Origin: an uncultured delta proteobacterium
GTDB lineage: Bacteria > Myxococcota > UBA727 > VGSZ01
Length of the DNA: 64,000 nucleotides
Assembly (NCBI GenBank): GCA_963775425.1
Contig: CAVZJB010000016.1
Location: 128,001-192,000 of the forward strand
Reading direction: 5' to 3'
This document shows positions 28,464-38,251 of the stretch, piece by piece. Below the pieces are notes generated by a model, which made no database searches, was not told the DNA's origin, and worked only from the letters and a program-made list of their open reading frames with translations. Position numbers and translations under genes: made by a program. Positions within the stretch are counted from its first letter, which is position 1, and each line of letters starts with the position of its first letter.

Positions 28464-29483
28464 TCAGGTTTTGACGACGACGACGCGGAAGCCCACGTCC
28501 GTGAGCACGTCCATGATCTCGGCGGCGAGGATCTCGCGCGCGGCTCCCGTCGCTGACCGTGCACGGCCGAGATGGAGCACGGCCCTCTCGTTGGACACGT
28601 CGAGCGGCGATATCAAAGCTGCCGGCGCTCGCTCGCGCGGCGCGGTCTCGCGCGCCTTCTTGATCTCCGCGCGCAGCCTCGTGATGCCCCACCCCTCTGC
28701 GGCAGCGAGGCCGGCGAGGCGCCGAACGATCCGCTCGGCGCGCGGCTGGAATCCGTCGCCGTCGCCGTCGCTTCCTTCAGCAAGGCGAAGCGCATCCTCC
28801 TCGCGCAACACGTTGTAGCTCGTGATCAGCTCGGACACGTGGCTGAACGCGAGGCCCGCGTGACGCTCCACGTCGACGACCGGGCGCCGCGTGACCGGAT
28901 CGATCGCTGCCGCACCCGTCGCGTCCATCCGCTGCTTCTGCACCTTCACCTCGACGAGCGCGTCCTTGAGCCACTGCGGCGCTTCGTTGAGCTGGAGGTA
29001 GCGGTTCAACTGCCGTCGGTTCCATCCGAGGCTCGCCGCCACTTGGTCCGCGCTCGCGCCGTTCTCGATGGCGCGCGCCGCACCCTCGGCGATCTCGAGC
29101 GGCGCGAGGTCGGCGCGGTTCACGTTCTCAGCGAGCTGCAGCACGGGCAGGAGCGCATCGTCGACCTCCACGGCCATGGATGCGATGCGACGGAAGCGCG
29201 CGTCATCGGGTTGCTCGCGTGCAAGCTGACTCACCGCGGCGAAGCGCCGGTGTCCGCCGATGATCTCGTAGCGGTCGCCCGCCGCGCGCACGACGATGGG
29301 CTGCAAGAGGCCGTTCTCGCGGATGCTCTTCTTCAGCTCGGCGAAAGGCTCTTTGTCGAGGTGAAGCCGCGGGTTGCTTGTCGACGGAACGACCCGATCG
29401 AGCGGCAGGTGGACGAGCTCGCCGCCAACACGCTCGCGAGCGTTCATGTTGATCTTGTCCGTGACCTCGGTGTCCTCGTGCAT
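28464..29483 (-). CDS. ParB/RepB/Spo0J family protein (orphan, no ParA)
   Basis: NPR, LKKSIRENGLLQPIVVR, YEIIGGHRRF (Arg patch), LAENVNRADL, HTH. Confidence 0.92.
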   Translation of the reverse strand: MHEDTEVTDKINMNARERVGGELVHLPLDRVVPSTSNPRLHLDKEPFAELKKSIRENGLLQPIVVRAAGDRYEIIGGHRRFAAVSQLAREQPDDARFRRIASMAVEVDDALLPVLQLAENVNRADLAPLEIAEGAARAIENGASADQVAASLGWNRRQLNRYLQLNEAPQWLKDALVEVKVQKQRMDATGAAAIDPVTRRPVVDVERHAGLAFSHVSELITSYNVLREEDALRLAEGSDGDGDGFQPRAERIVRRLAGLAAAEGWGITRLRAEIKKARETAPRERAPAALISPLDVSNERAVLHLGRARSATGAAREILAAEIMDVLTDVGFRVVVVKT

Positions 29484-29719
29484 AGCGCCTCCGTTTCGGG
29501 ACGATGTGTCCCTCTAAAGGGACACGTCGGAGGCTCCGCGCCTCGCGCTCAGCGCGACACGCTGGACCGATCACATGAAGCCATCGCCGTCGACGTCGCC
29601 CTCAGCGAAGCGGGCGACGTCGACGCGGCCATCGCCGGAGACCGAGCCCTAAACATCTTCATCACTCGCCGCTGAGCAATGCGCCCTCGATCTCCGACGT
29701 GTCCTTGTAGGAGGTCAGC

Positions 29720-29896
29720 ATGCTCAACCTCATCACCGTGTCGACCGCGGCGGAGCGGCTCGCGGTCTCGAAGTCCATGATCCGAAAGCTCTTGCGGCTC
29801 GGCCGGCTCACGCCGGTCCGCATCGGCCGCTGCGTGCGCGTGCGGCTCGCCGACGTCGATGCTTTGGCGGCGGCGGGTGAGCGGCGCGCGACGTGA
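29720..29896 (+). CDS. Excisionase-like HTH_17 protein (58 aa, not in the ORF track)
   Basis: AGGAGG RBS; MLNLITVSTAAERLAVSKSMIRKLLRLGRLTPVRIGRCVRVRLADV. Confidence 0.85.
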   Translation: MLNLITVSTAAERLAVSKSMIRKLLRLGRLTPVRIGRCVRVRLADVDALAAAGERRAT

Positions 29897-30648
29897 ACGC
29901 GGCCTACCTGACAAGCGCACAGGCCGCCGCGCACCTCGGGCTCAGCGTGAACGCGCTGCGCATGGCGCTGTGCCGCGGCACCCTCGCGCCGACCGGCAGG
30001 ATCGGCCGGCGCCTGTTCTTCACCGTCGATGACCTGCATCGCCAGTTGAGCACCCACGGCGCTAGGATCGAGGCGCGGTCCGTGGTGCTCGACTCGGCGA
30101 CGGAGACTGCACATGCCGAGAAGAGGAACGCCGACGGAGATCCCGGGGATCACCCGGGACGGAACGAAGTGGATCTTGCGGGCCGTGGTGAAGGGCCCGA
30201 ACGGAAGGAGGTACGAGAAACAGAAGCAGATGGAGGGCGCGCACGAGAACACGAAGCGCGCCGAGGTGCGGCTGCTCGAGGACGAGCTCGAGAAGCTGCG
30301 CGAGGAGCTCCGGCAGGAAGCGAAGGCCGAAGCGAAGGGGACGTCGACGAGAGAGACCGTTGGGGCCTTCGCGCCGCAATGGCTCGAGCATACGGCGACG
30401 ACCGGGAAGACCAGGAAGCACGTCGTGGAGAAGCGGTTGCATCACCTCGAGCACTTCATCCTGCCGTTCATCGGCGACAAAGAGCTGCGCGCTCTGCGTC
30501 GGTCCGACGTCGCCGCATGGATGCAGGCCGCGGCGGGCCTCCGCCAACAAAGCGGCAAGCTCTATGGGCGCGTCACGCTCATGGGCGCCTGGTCGACGCT
30601 GCGGGCGATGCTCAGGCGCGCGGTGATCTTGCGCGACCTGGAGCATGA
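29893..30648 (+). CDS. Second excisionase-like HTH protein (ORF runs out of frame into the integrase)
   Basis: GTGA-coupled; YLTSAQAAAHLGLSVNALR....GTL..GRRLFFTVDDL in the first ~55 aa; the remainder overlaps int. Confidence 0.65.
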   Translation: MNAAYLTSAQAAAHLGLSVNALRMALCRGTLAPTGRIGRRLFFTVDDLHRQLSTHGARIEARSVVLDSATETAHAEKRNADGDPGDHPGRNEVDLAGRGEGPERKEVRETEADGGRAREHEARRGAAARGRAREAARGAPAGSEGRSEGDVDERDRWGLRAAMARAYGDDREDQEARRGEAVASPRALHPAVHRRQRAARSASVRRRRMDAGRGGPPPTKRQALWARHAHGRLVDAAGDAQARGDLARPGA

Positions 30649-31399
30649 CCCGACGTCGGGGATCGTGTTCGACATCGGCGATCACATGGGCGGCGAGAGC
30701 CGGCCCGCGAAGAAGCCGAAGGACGCGCTCACCCTCGACGAGGTCGGTCGCCTCATCGACGCCGCCAAGGACGAAGCGCTCGACGTGCGGGCGATGATCG
30801 TGGTGCAGGTGGCCACGGGCATGCGCTTCTGCGAGGTCTCCGCGCTCGAGTGGCGGGACATCGACCTCGAGAAGGCTTCGCTGCGCATCGAGCGCTCGCA
30901 GGTCGGCGGCGTGGCAGGCGCGCCGAAGACCGAGTCCACGCGACGGCGCGTGTACTTGCCGGACGTGGTTGTCGAGGTCCTGCGCAGCCACAAGGCCGAG
31001 CAGGAGCGCGACCCTGGACCGCCGTGCGACGTGCCCGGGCTCGTGTTTCCGTCGAGGGCGGGCACGTACCGGACGCCGGCCATGCTCACGAAGCCGCTCA
31101 CGCGTTGCTGCCAGATCGCGGGCATCGACAAGCGGCTCTCGTCGCACGGGCTGCGGCGCACCGCCAACGACCTGCTGAGGCGCGCGAACGGCGACACCGT
31201 CGTCCGCGCGATGATCGGGCACGCCACGAGCGAGATGACGCGCCTGTACAGCAACGTGGACCACGACGAGCGCGCCAGGGCGCACGCCGCGGCGTTCGGG
31301 GATGTCCTCGAGCGGGCAGTGGGAACGAAGGGTGGGACTCTCGTCGAGTCCCACCGAGAATTGAGGCCGGACCGAAAACGGCCAAAGAAAAACCCCTGA
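30113..31399 (+). CDS. Tyrosine recombinase / phage-type integrase
   Basis: TGMRFCEVSALEWRDID, APKT, HGLRRT, MIGH, TRLYS: catalytic R-K-H-R-H-Y residues intact; GGAG RBS. Confidence 0.95.
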   Translation: MPRRGTPTEIPGITRDGTKWILRAVVKGPNGRRYEKQKQMEGAHENTKRAEVRLLEDELEKLREELRQEAKAEAKGTSTRETVGAFAPQWLEHTATTGKTRKHVVEKRLHHLEHFILPFIGDKELRALRRSDVAAWMQAAAGLRQQSGKLYGRVTLMGAWSTLRAMLRRAVILRDLEHDPTSGIVFDIGDHMGGESRPAKKPKDALTLDEVGRLIDAAKDEALDVRAMIVVQVATGMRFCEVSALEWRDIDLEKASLRIERSQVGGVAGAPKTESTRRRVYLPDVVVEVLRSHKAEQERDPGPPCDVPGLVFPSRAGTYRTPAMLTKPLTRCCQIAGIDKRLSSHGLRRTANDLLRRANGDTVVRAMIGHATSEMTRLYSNVDHDERARAHAAAFGDVLERAVGTKGGTLVESHRELRPDRKRPKKNP

Positions 31400-31413
31400 G
31401 GTCATCAGGGGTT
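31385..31413 (-). terminator. Intrinsic terminator of tRNA-Gly, supplied by the element
   Basis: AACCCCTGA-ggtca-TCAGGGGTT stem, then TTTCTTT on the minus strand. Confidence 0.75.
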
Positions 31414-31416
31414 CGG

Positions 31417-31491
<75 letters not shown>

Positions 31492-31504
31492 AGCGGCTCC
31501 CTCT

Positions 31505-31534
31505 GGTTTAAGCGAGCCGGAGGAGCGCCGTCAA
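31505..31534 (-). promoter_or_regulatory. Putative sigma70 promoter of tRNA-Gly
   Basis: TTGACG-N18-TAAACC ending 13 nt upstream of the mature 5' end. Confidence 0.45.
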
Positions 31535-31586
31535 CGGGTTTCCCGTCGATCGAACCGCGGCTGTGCCACGCGCCCCACCGGCGGCG

Positions 31587-32006
31587 TCAGGGCGCGGTGT
31601 GGAACGAGACGGTCAGCTCGCTGTCGAGCTTCACCCCGTCGGCGCTCTTGACCGTCCCCGCGACGCGGAGGTCGACGTCGGTGTCCGCGGGGAGGGCGCG
31701 ACGCACGTTGAGCTGGATGACCTTGCCCCCGCCCCCCTCGGTGGCGAACGGGGTGACCTCGTCGACGATGCTGCCGTCGGCGGACAGCGTGATGCCACCG
31801 TTTCCGGTGCTCGCCACGTCGACGACCTTGTTGAAGAGCACCTGCGGCTGGACGCCGACCTCGACGGCCTGGCTCGCCTCGAGGCCCGCCTGCGGCACGG
31901 TGCCCACGATGGTGAAGGGCTCGCCGACGTTGAAGGTGGGCGGCCCGCAGCCGACGAGCAAGGCGGCGAGGCCCACCCCCGATGCCAGCGCGAGGACCCG
32001 CGTCAC
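31587..32006 (-). CDS. Ig-like (Big_5-type) lipoprotein
   Basis: LLVGC lipobox; TVP....V.V...V.FNK.VD; GTVKSADG..L..SFHT. Confidence 0.7.
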   Translation of the reverse strand: MTRVLALASGVGLAALLVGCGPPTFNVGEPFTIVGTVPQAGLEASQAVEVGVQPQVLFNKVVDVASTGNGGITLSADGSIVDEVTPFATEGGGGKVIQLNVRRALPADTDVDLRVAGTVKSADGVKLDSELTVSFHTAP

Positions 32007-32758
32007 AGCCGCTGCCCCGGGCGCCAACGCAGGACCGCGTCGAGGTGCTCGTCGAACCACGCGTCGGCCTCCTTGGCCCCGGCGAAGAGCGCTTCATCCG
32101 CGCGAAAGGCGCGCGAGTGGACCACGCGGCGGCCCCCGTGCGCGCGCTCCTCGCCGTGGACCTGGTGGAGCATCTCGTGGTGGACCACGCGCGCGACCGC
32201 CAGGGCAGGGACGTCCCGCTGGTCGAGCACCGGGTGGATCACGATGCGGCGCGCGCGGGCGTCGTAGCTGCCGAAGGTGATGCTGCGGCGCTTCTTGCGC
32301 GACGGCGAGCCGGCCTGGCCCCACCCAATCTCGGCGTCGACGACGCCCGCGAAGTAGTCGCGGTTGAGGCCGTCGTACATGGGCAGGAGGTCGTGAACGC
32401 ATCCGCGGTGCGCGCCCTTCGGCAGCGGCTTCACCGCCATCTCGAGCAGGTGCTCCTGCGCGTCGACGAAGGCGTCGACGACCCGGCCGCTCTTCTTGTC
32501 GCCGTGGGCGAGGAAGTGCCCGACGGCCTTGCGCACGGGCTCGGGCGCGTCGAGGAACATCTGGTGCGCGCGCACCGTGCGCACGCCGCCCTTGGTCGCC
32601 TGCGACAGCAGCACCGTCCGGTTGTCCGTGATGACGACACGCGCCCCGGGCATGGCGTGCTGGATGGCGTCGACGAGGCGCTTGGTGCGCGAGACGGGCC
32701 GCTCCGGGGCGGCGGGCGCGTCGAACGGGAGGGCGAGCTGGAAGAACGCCTTCGTCAC
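32003..32758 (-). CDS. SprT-like zinc metalloprotease domain protein
   Basis: [27 protein letters not shown] (HExxH), HSRAFR. Confidence 0.8.
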   Translation of the reverse strand: MTKAFFQLALPFDAPAAPERPVSRTKRLVDAIQHAMPGARVVITDNRTVLLSQATKGGVRTVRAHQMFLDAPEPVRKAVGHFLAHGDKKSGRVVDAFVDAQEHLLEMAVKPLPKGAHRGCVHDLLPMYDGLNRDYFAGVVDAEIGWGQAGSPSRKKRRSITFGSYDARARRIVIHPVLDQRDVPALAVARVVHHEMLHQVHGEERAHGGRRVVHSRAFRADEALFAGAKEADAWFDEHLDAVLRWRPGQRL

Positions 32759-32835
32759 GGGCGGCAGCGTCGCACGAAAGCCGCGGCCGGGTCCACGCGG
32801 TTGACACGGGCAGGCTCCGATCCGAGACAAAGCCC

Positions 32836-34167
32836 ATGTCGGATCCCGGCAGCACGCTGGCCCTCCTCACCATCATCCTCTTCTTCGCGGCGTTCGCCGT
32901 GCTGGGCTTCGTCTACCTGCGCAAGAAGCGCGCGGAGCGGATCGACGTCCTCGCCCGGGAGCTCGAAAAGCCCGTCGAGGAGGACGCGCCGCAGTTGCCG
33001 GAGCCGGGCGCCGAAGCGCCCGTGCCCCGGCCGGCCACCTCGAGCCCGGAGGGCGCGCCCAAGGCCGACGCCCTCGCCGCCGCCGAGCGCGACGCGCTCC
33101 TCAAGCGCGCCCAGGAGGACGAGGCCCGCCGCGCCCGCGAGCGCCTCGAAAAGGACGAGGCCGACGCCGCCGCGATCGCGGAGGCCAAGGCCAGGGAGAC
33201 CAGCGCCGCGGCCGCCGCCGACGAGGCCCGCGCCCGCGCCAAGAACCTGCGCGTCGCCCTGAGCGCCACACGGGAAGGCATCGTCGGCAAGCTCCACAAG
33301 GCCATCGGCGGCAAGCAAATCGACGCCTCGGTGATGGACGACGTCGAGGCCGTGCTCTTCGGCGCCGACATCGGCGCGCGCACCGCCAACCGCCTCGTGG
33401 AGGCCGTGAAGCAGCGGCTGTCGGCGAAGGAGCTGTCGTCGCTCGACAAGGTCGAGGACACGCTGCGCGACGAGGCCAAGGGCATCCTCGCCGCCGTCGA
33501 GAACAAGCCGCTCGCGCTCGAGGGCGACAAGCCGCGGGTCATCCTCGTCCTCGGGGTCAACGGCTCGGGCAAGACCACCACCATCGGCAAGCTCGCGGCG
33601 CAGCTCAGGGCCGACGGCAAGAAGGTGCTCCTCGGCGCCGGCGACACCTTCCGCGCCGCCGCCGCCGAGCAGCTCGAGGTGTGGGCCAAGCGCGCCGACG
33701 TCCCCGTCGTCAGCGGCGCCGACGGCGCCGACCCCTCGAGCGTGCTGTTCGACGCCTGCAAGCGCGCGAAGACGGAGGGCTTCGACGTCGTCCTGTGCGA
33801 CACCGCCGGCCGCCTGCACACCAAGGTGAACCTCATGGAGGAGCTCAGGAAGGTGGCGCGCAGCATCGGCAAGGCCGTCGAGGGCGCGCCCCACGAGGTG
33901 CTGCTCGTCCTCGACGCCACCGTCGGCCAGAACGCCATCGCGCAGGCCAAGGAGTTCGGCGGGGCGGCGCCGCTCACGGGGATCGTGCTGACCAAGCTCG
34001 ACGGCACCGCCAAGGGCGGGGTCGTCCTCGGCATCATCGACGAGATGAAGGTGCCCGTCCGCTACATCGGTGTCGGCGAGAAGATCGGCGACCTGCGCCC
34101 GTTTTCGCCCGAGGACTTCCTGTCGGCCCTGTTCGCCGACGACGGCGCCCGCGCCGCCGCGGAGTGA
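32836..34167 (+). CDS. ftsY: Signal recognition particle receptor FtsY (N-terminal TM anchor)
   Basis: [40 protein letters not shown]. Confidence 0.97.
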   Translation: MSDPGSTLALLTIILFFAAFAVLGFVYLRKKRAERIDVLARELEKPVEEDAPQLPEPGAEAPVPRPATSSPEGAPKADALAAAERDALLKRAQEDEARRARERLEKDEADAAAIAEAKARETSAAAAADEARARAKNLRVALSATREGIVGKLHKAIGGKQIDASVMDDVEAVLFGADIGARTANRLVEAVKQRLSAKELSSLDKVEDTLRDEAKGILAAVENKPLALEGDKPRVILVLGVNGSGKTTTIGKLAAQLRADGKKVLLGAGDTFRAAAAEQLEVWAKRADVPVVSGADGADPSSVLFDACKRAKTEGFDVVLCDTAGRLHTKVNLMEELRKVARSIGKAVEGAPHEVLLVLDATVGQNAIAQAKEFGGAAPLTGIVLTKLDGTAKGGVVLGIIDEMKVPVRYIGVGEKIGDLRPFSPEDFLSALFADDGARAAAE

Positions 34168-34222
34168 GCCGGCGCCGGGAGAGGGCCGGCGCGCCACGTC
34201 GGGGCTCTGCTAGATTCGCGGC

Positions 34223-35761
34223 ATGAGGCTCGGCAGCTACGAGGTCGTGCGCCCGCTCGGGTCCGGCGGGATGTCGGACGCGTTCCTCGCGCGTTCACCG
34301 ACGGGCCGCGTCGTCGTCCTCAAGCGTCCGCGCAGCTACGACCCGGAGCTCCTGGCGCGCATGCGCGACGAGGGCCGGCTCGGGGCGCGCATCTTCCACA
34401 CGAGCCTCGTCGAGACGCTCGACGCGTTCGAGCACGAGGGCCTGCCGGTGCTCGCGCTCGGCTTCGTCGAGGGCGTCACCGTCGACGAGCTGCGGCGCGC
34501 GGCGCCGCTGCCCGCGGGGGCGGTGGCGCGCCTCGGCTGCCAAATCGCCGAGGCGCTCGGCGCCATCCACGCGGCCCTCAGCGACGACGGCGGCCCGCTG
34601 CGCGCGGTCCATCGCGACGTCAGCGCGCGGAACATCCTCGTTACCCGGGACGGCGACGCGGTGCTCATCGACCTGGGCATCGCTCGCACCGACGAGCTGC
34701 GCGACGCGCGCACCGAGACGGGCATGGTGCTCGGGACGCTGCGTTACATGGCGCCGGAGCTCATCGACGGCGTACCGGCGTCGCCGGCGTCGGACTTCTA
34801 TTCGCTCGGCTGTGTGCTCATCGAGGCGGCCACGGGCGTGCCCGTCTTCACCGGCGTCCCGAGCGAGATCGCGGCCGCCATCGTCACCAAGGGCGCGATG
34901 GCGTCGGACGCCGCCAAGCGCATCGAGCCCCGGCTCGCCGCCGTCCTCACGCGCATGACGGCGATGTCGCCGGCCGCGCGCTTCCAGGAGGCGCACGAGC
35001 TCTCCGCCGCCCTGCGCGGCGTCGAGGACGGGCCGGCCAAAGGCGACCTCGGCCGCCGCGCGGCGCGCGCGATGGCGAAGGCCGAGGCCGCCGCCGCCGC
35101 CGCCGAGGCCGCCGGCCCGGCGCCGGCGCCCGTGTCGCTCGCGCAGGCGCCCGCGCCAATCGCGCCGCCGCCCGGGACGGGCGGAGGGACCACCGATGTC
35201 CTCGGCGCGACCGCTCCGTCCGTCGAGCCGTCGTCCCCTTCGCGGCCGTCCCCTTCGCCGCCGCCGTCGCTGTCGTCGCTGCCGCCGCCCGCCTCGTTCC
35301 CGCCGCCGCCGCCGTCGCTGGCCGGGCCGCTGGCGGGACCCATCGGCGTGCCGCGGCCAAACGACGCGCCGCTCGAGCTGGCGATGGCGCCGCGACCGCC
35401 GAAGAACCGCACCATCCAGGGCAGCAACGAGTGGTACCCGCGGCCGCAGCGCGACTACAGCGCGCTGGGCAACGCCCTCAAGACCGTCGTCGTCCTGGCG
35501 GTGCTCCTGGTGGGGGGCACGCTCGCGTGGCGCTGGTACGACGGAAAGCAGCAGCAGGAGACGCAGGACGCGCTCGAGCGCAAGGCCGAGCAGGAGGCGG
35601 GGCTCATCCGCAAGGCGCTGGCCGACACCGACGAGTGCCGCGCCGCGGGCGCGCTCTGGGCCTACAAGGACAAGCGCGGCCACGACGTCATCGTGGACTC
35701 GCTCGGCAAGGTGCCCAAGCGGTACCGAACGACCGCGCGCTGCGCGGTCCCCGCACACTGA
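34223..35761 (+). CDS. Hanks-type Ser/Thr protein kinase with Pro-rich linker and TM
   Basis: LGSGGMS, VLK, HRDVSARN, DLG, GTLRYMAPE, SDFYSLG. Confidence 0.92.
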   Translation: MRLGSYEVVRPLGSGGMSDAFLARSPTGRVVVLKRPRSYDPELLARMRDEGRLGARIFHTSLVETLDAFEHEGLPVLALGFVEGVTVDELRRAAPLPAGAVARLGCQIAEALGAIHAALSDDGGPLRAVHRDVSARNILVTRDGDAVLIDLGIARTDELRDARTETGMVLGTLRYMAPELIDGVPASPASDFYSLGCVLIEAATGVPVFTGVPSEIAAAIVTKGAMASDAAKRIEPRLAAVLTRMTAMSPAARFQEAHELSAALRGVEDGPAKGDLGRRAARAMAKAEAAAAAAEAAGPAPAPVSLAQAPAPIAPPPGTGGGTTDVLGATAPSVEPSSPSRPSPSPPPSLSSLPPPASFPPPPPSLAGPLAGPIGVPRPNDAPLELAMAPRPPKNRTIQGSNEWYPRPQRDYSALGNALKTVVVLAVLLVGGTLAWRWYDGKQQQETQDALERKAEQEAGLIRKALADTDECRAAGALWAYKDKRGHDVIVDSLGKVPKRYRTTARCAVPAH

Positions 35762-35767
35762 GCGAGC

Positions 35768-36166
35768 TCAGCCTTCGCCCTGGCGCTTCTGCTCGCGCTC
35801 GAGCTCTTCCTTGTACGTGACGCTGTAGCGCGTCCACGGACGGAGCTTGAGGCGGGCGTAGCCGATGGGCTCCTCGGTGCCTTCACACAGGCCGTAGGTG
35901 CCGTTCTTCACCTTGTCGAGCGCGCGCTCGACCTCCCGCAGCAGCTTGGCGTCGCGGTCCATCAGGCGGGTCTCGAGCGCGACCTCGGCGTCTTCGCTCG
36001 CCTGGTCGGCCTCGTCGCCGGTGCCCGCGCGTTGCTCGCCCTGCTGGCTGCCCGACCGGCGGTTCTTGAGCGCGGCCATGAGCTCTTCGCGCTTGGAGTG
36101 GAGCGCCGCGATGAGCTCCTTTTGCTGCGCGGGGGTCAGATCTCTTTCACGGGGACGGGCCGCCAT
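35768..36166 (-). CDS. dksA: DksA/TraR family transcription factor (single-Cys type)
   Basis: DEADQA (DxxDxA) coiled-coil tip; GTYGLCEGTEEPIGYARL. Confidence 0.85.
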   Translation of the reverse strand: MAARPRERDLTPAQQKELIAALHSKREELMAALKNRRSGSQQGEQRAGTGDEADQASEDAEVALETRLMDRDAKLLREVERALDKVKNGTYGLCEGTEEPIGYARLKLRPWTRYSVTYKEELEREQKRQGEG

Positions 36167-36226
36167 TGCGTGCCTCCATCTTGAGGGGCGCAGCAATATA
36201 GGGACGACCCGGGTCTACCGCAAGGA

Positions 36227-38134
36227 TCAGTCGATGTCTTCGAGGTAGGTGTAGCCGGCGAGGCCCTCTTCGTAGCGCCGCATGAAGGCGGCGGACTGCT
36301 CGAAGCTCATCCGGCCGGCCCGGACCGCCCGCTCGGCGGCCTGGCGCACCCGGCGCACGAGCTCTGCGCGGTCGTACTCGACGTACTCGAGGACCTCGCC
36401 GACGCGGTCGCCCTCGACGACGTGCTCGAGCTGGTAGCCGCGCCCGCCTTCGGGCAGGGCCACGTGCACCACGTTGGTGTCGCCGAAGAGGTTGTGGAGG
36501 TCCCCGAGGGTCTCCTGGTACGCCCCGACGAGGAACGCGCCGAGGAAATAGGGCTCGCCGTTCATGGCGTGCAAGCGAAGCGTGGGCTTGACGTCGCGCA
36601 GGTCGATGAAGTTGTCGACCTTGCCGTCGGAGTCGCAGGTGAGGTCGGCGAGGATGGCCTCGCGGTGCGGCTCCTCGTCGAGCCGGTGCAGCGGCACGAT
36701 GGGGAAGAGCTGGTCCACGGCCCATGAGTCCGGCAGCGACTGGAACACGGAGAAGTTGCAGTAGAAGGTGTCCGAGAGGGTCTTCTTCAGGCCCGCGAGG
36801 TCGTCGGGGACGTAGTCGAGCGCCTCCGTGGTGCGCTGGACCTTCTCGCAGACCGCCCAGAAGAGGTCCTCGACGCGCGCGCGGGTGCGCAGGTCGATGA
36901 CGCCGGCGGAGAAGAGCGTCTCGGCCTCGTCCTTGATGGTGACGGCGTCGTTGTAGCTCTCCTGGAACGTCTTGTTGTTGACGCCCTGGTACGCCTCCCA
37001 CATCGCCTCGATGGTGGCGTGCTCTCCCGCCGCGGGCTTCATGTCCGGCTGCACCTTGGGGTTGGCCATCTCGTTGGTGCCGAGGACGTTGAACACGAGC
37101 ACCGCGTGGTGCGCGACGAGCGCGCGGCCGGCCTCGGTGACGATGTTGGGGTGGGGGACCGAGGCCTGGTCGCAGGCGTCCTGGATCGCGGAGACGATGT
37201 CGGCCGCGTACTCCTGGTTCGAGTAGTTCCTCGACGAGTGGAAGTTGGTCTTGCTGCCGTCGTAGTCGACGGCGAGGCCGCCACCGACGTCGACGTAGTT
37301 CAGGTTCTCGGCGCCCATCTTCCGGAGGTCCTGGTAGACGCGCGAGGCCTCGCGGATGGCGTCCTTCACGGAGCGGATGGCGGTGATCTGCGAGCCGATG
37401 TGGAAGTGCAACAGCTCGAGGCAGTCGAGCATGTCGCGCTCGCGCAGCACGTCCACGGCGCGGCAGATCTCCGACGCCGACAGCCCGAACTTGCTGCGCT
37501 CGCCGCTCGACTCCTGCCACTTGCCGGCGCCCTTCGACGACAGGCGCGCGCGGATACCGATGTGCGGCCGCACGCCGAGGAGCCTGCCGAGCTGGAGCAC
37601 GAGCTCCAGCTCCGCGAAGCGGTCGAGCACGAGGAACGGCTTGAGGCCTATCTGTTGTGCCTGCAGCGCGGTCTCGACGTACTCGCTGTCCTTGTAGCCG
37701 TTGCAGATCAGGAGGCGCTCGTCGCCGTCGAGGAGCGACATGGCGACGAGGAGCTCGGCCTTGCTGCCCGCCTCGAGGCCGAGGTTGTACTTCTTGCCGG
37801 CGCGGACGAGCTCCTCGACGACGTGGCGCTGTTGGTTGACCTTGATCGGCATCACGCCGCGGTAGCTGCCCTGATAGCCGTATTCCTGAATGCGCGCGTT
37901 GAAGGCGCCGGTGAGGTCCGCGACGCGGCTCTCGAGGATGTCGTTGAAGCGCAGCAGGATCGGGGCATTGATCCCCCGCTTGCAGAGGTCGTCGACGAGG
38001 TCCTTGAGATCGATCTCGTCGCCACCGCCGTTCGGCTCGCCCCGCGGGCGGACCGTCAGGTGCCCGCGCTCGTTGACGCCGAAGTACGGGCTGCCCCAGG
38101 CGGGGATGTGGTACAGCTCGGCGCTGTCTTGCAC
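36227..38134 (-). CDS. speA: Biosynthetic arginine decarboxylase
   Basis: PIKVNQ (PLP Lys), GLEAGSKAEL, CNGYKD, HFHIGSQI, DVGGGL.VDYDG, FQSLPDSWAVDQLFP, DLTCDSDG; start ambiguous (see findings). Confidence 0.96.
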   Translation of the reverse strand: MQDSAELYHIPAWGSPYFGVNERGHLTVRPRGEPNGGGDEIDLKDLVDDLCKRGINAPILLRFNDILESRVADLTGAFNARIQEYGYQGSYRGVMPIKVNQQRHVVEELVRAGKKYNLGLEAGSKAELLVAMSLLDGDERLLICNGYKDSEYVETALQAQQIGLKPFLVLDRFAELELVLQLGRLLGVRPHIGIRARLSSKGAGKWQESSGERSKFGLSASEICRAVDVLRERDMLDCLELLHFHIGSQITAIRSVKDAIREASRVYQDLRKMGAENLNYVDVGGGLAVDYDGSKTNFHSSRNYSNQEYAADIVSAIQDACDQASVPHPNIVTEAGRALVAHHAVLVFNVLGTNEMANPKVQPDMKPAAGEHATIEAMWEAYQGVNNKTFQESYNDAVTIKDEAETLFSAGVIDLRTRARVEDLFWAVCEKVQRTTEALDYVPDDLAGLKKTLSDTFYCNFSVFQSLPDSWAVDQLFPIVPLHRLDEEPHREAILADLTCDSDGKVDNFIDLRDVKPTLRLHAMNGEPYFLGAFLVGAYQETLGDLHNLFGDTNVVHVALPEGGRGYQLEHVVEGDRVGEVLEYVEYDRAELVRRVRQAAERAVRAGRMSFEQSAAFMRRYEEGLAGYTYLEDID

Positions 38135-38251
38135 GGTCCACCGTCAATCCATCGACATCTTGCGCACTCCTTCGCCGACGCTACGTCACACACTCACGCC
38201 GCGAACGCAAACCGTCATGCGCTAAGCTTCTTGTTGCCGGAGGAACCTCGC

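Noticed and set aside
32801-32830. TTGACA upstream of ftsY as a promoter
   Set aside because: No recognisable -10 element at proper spacing
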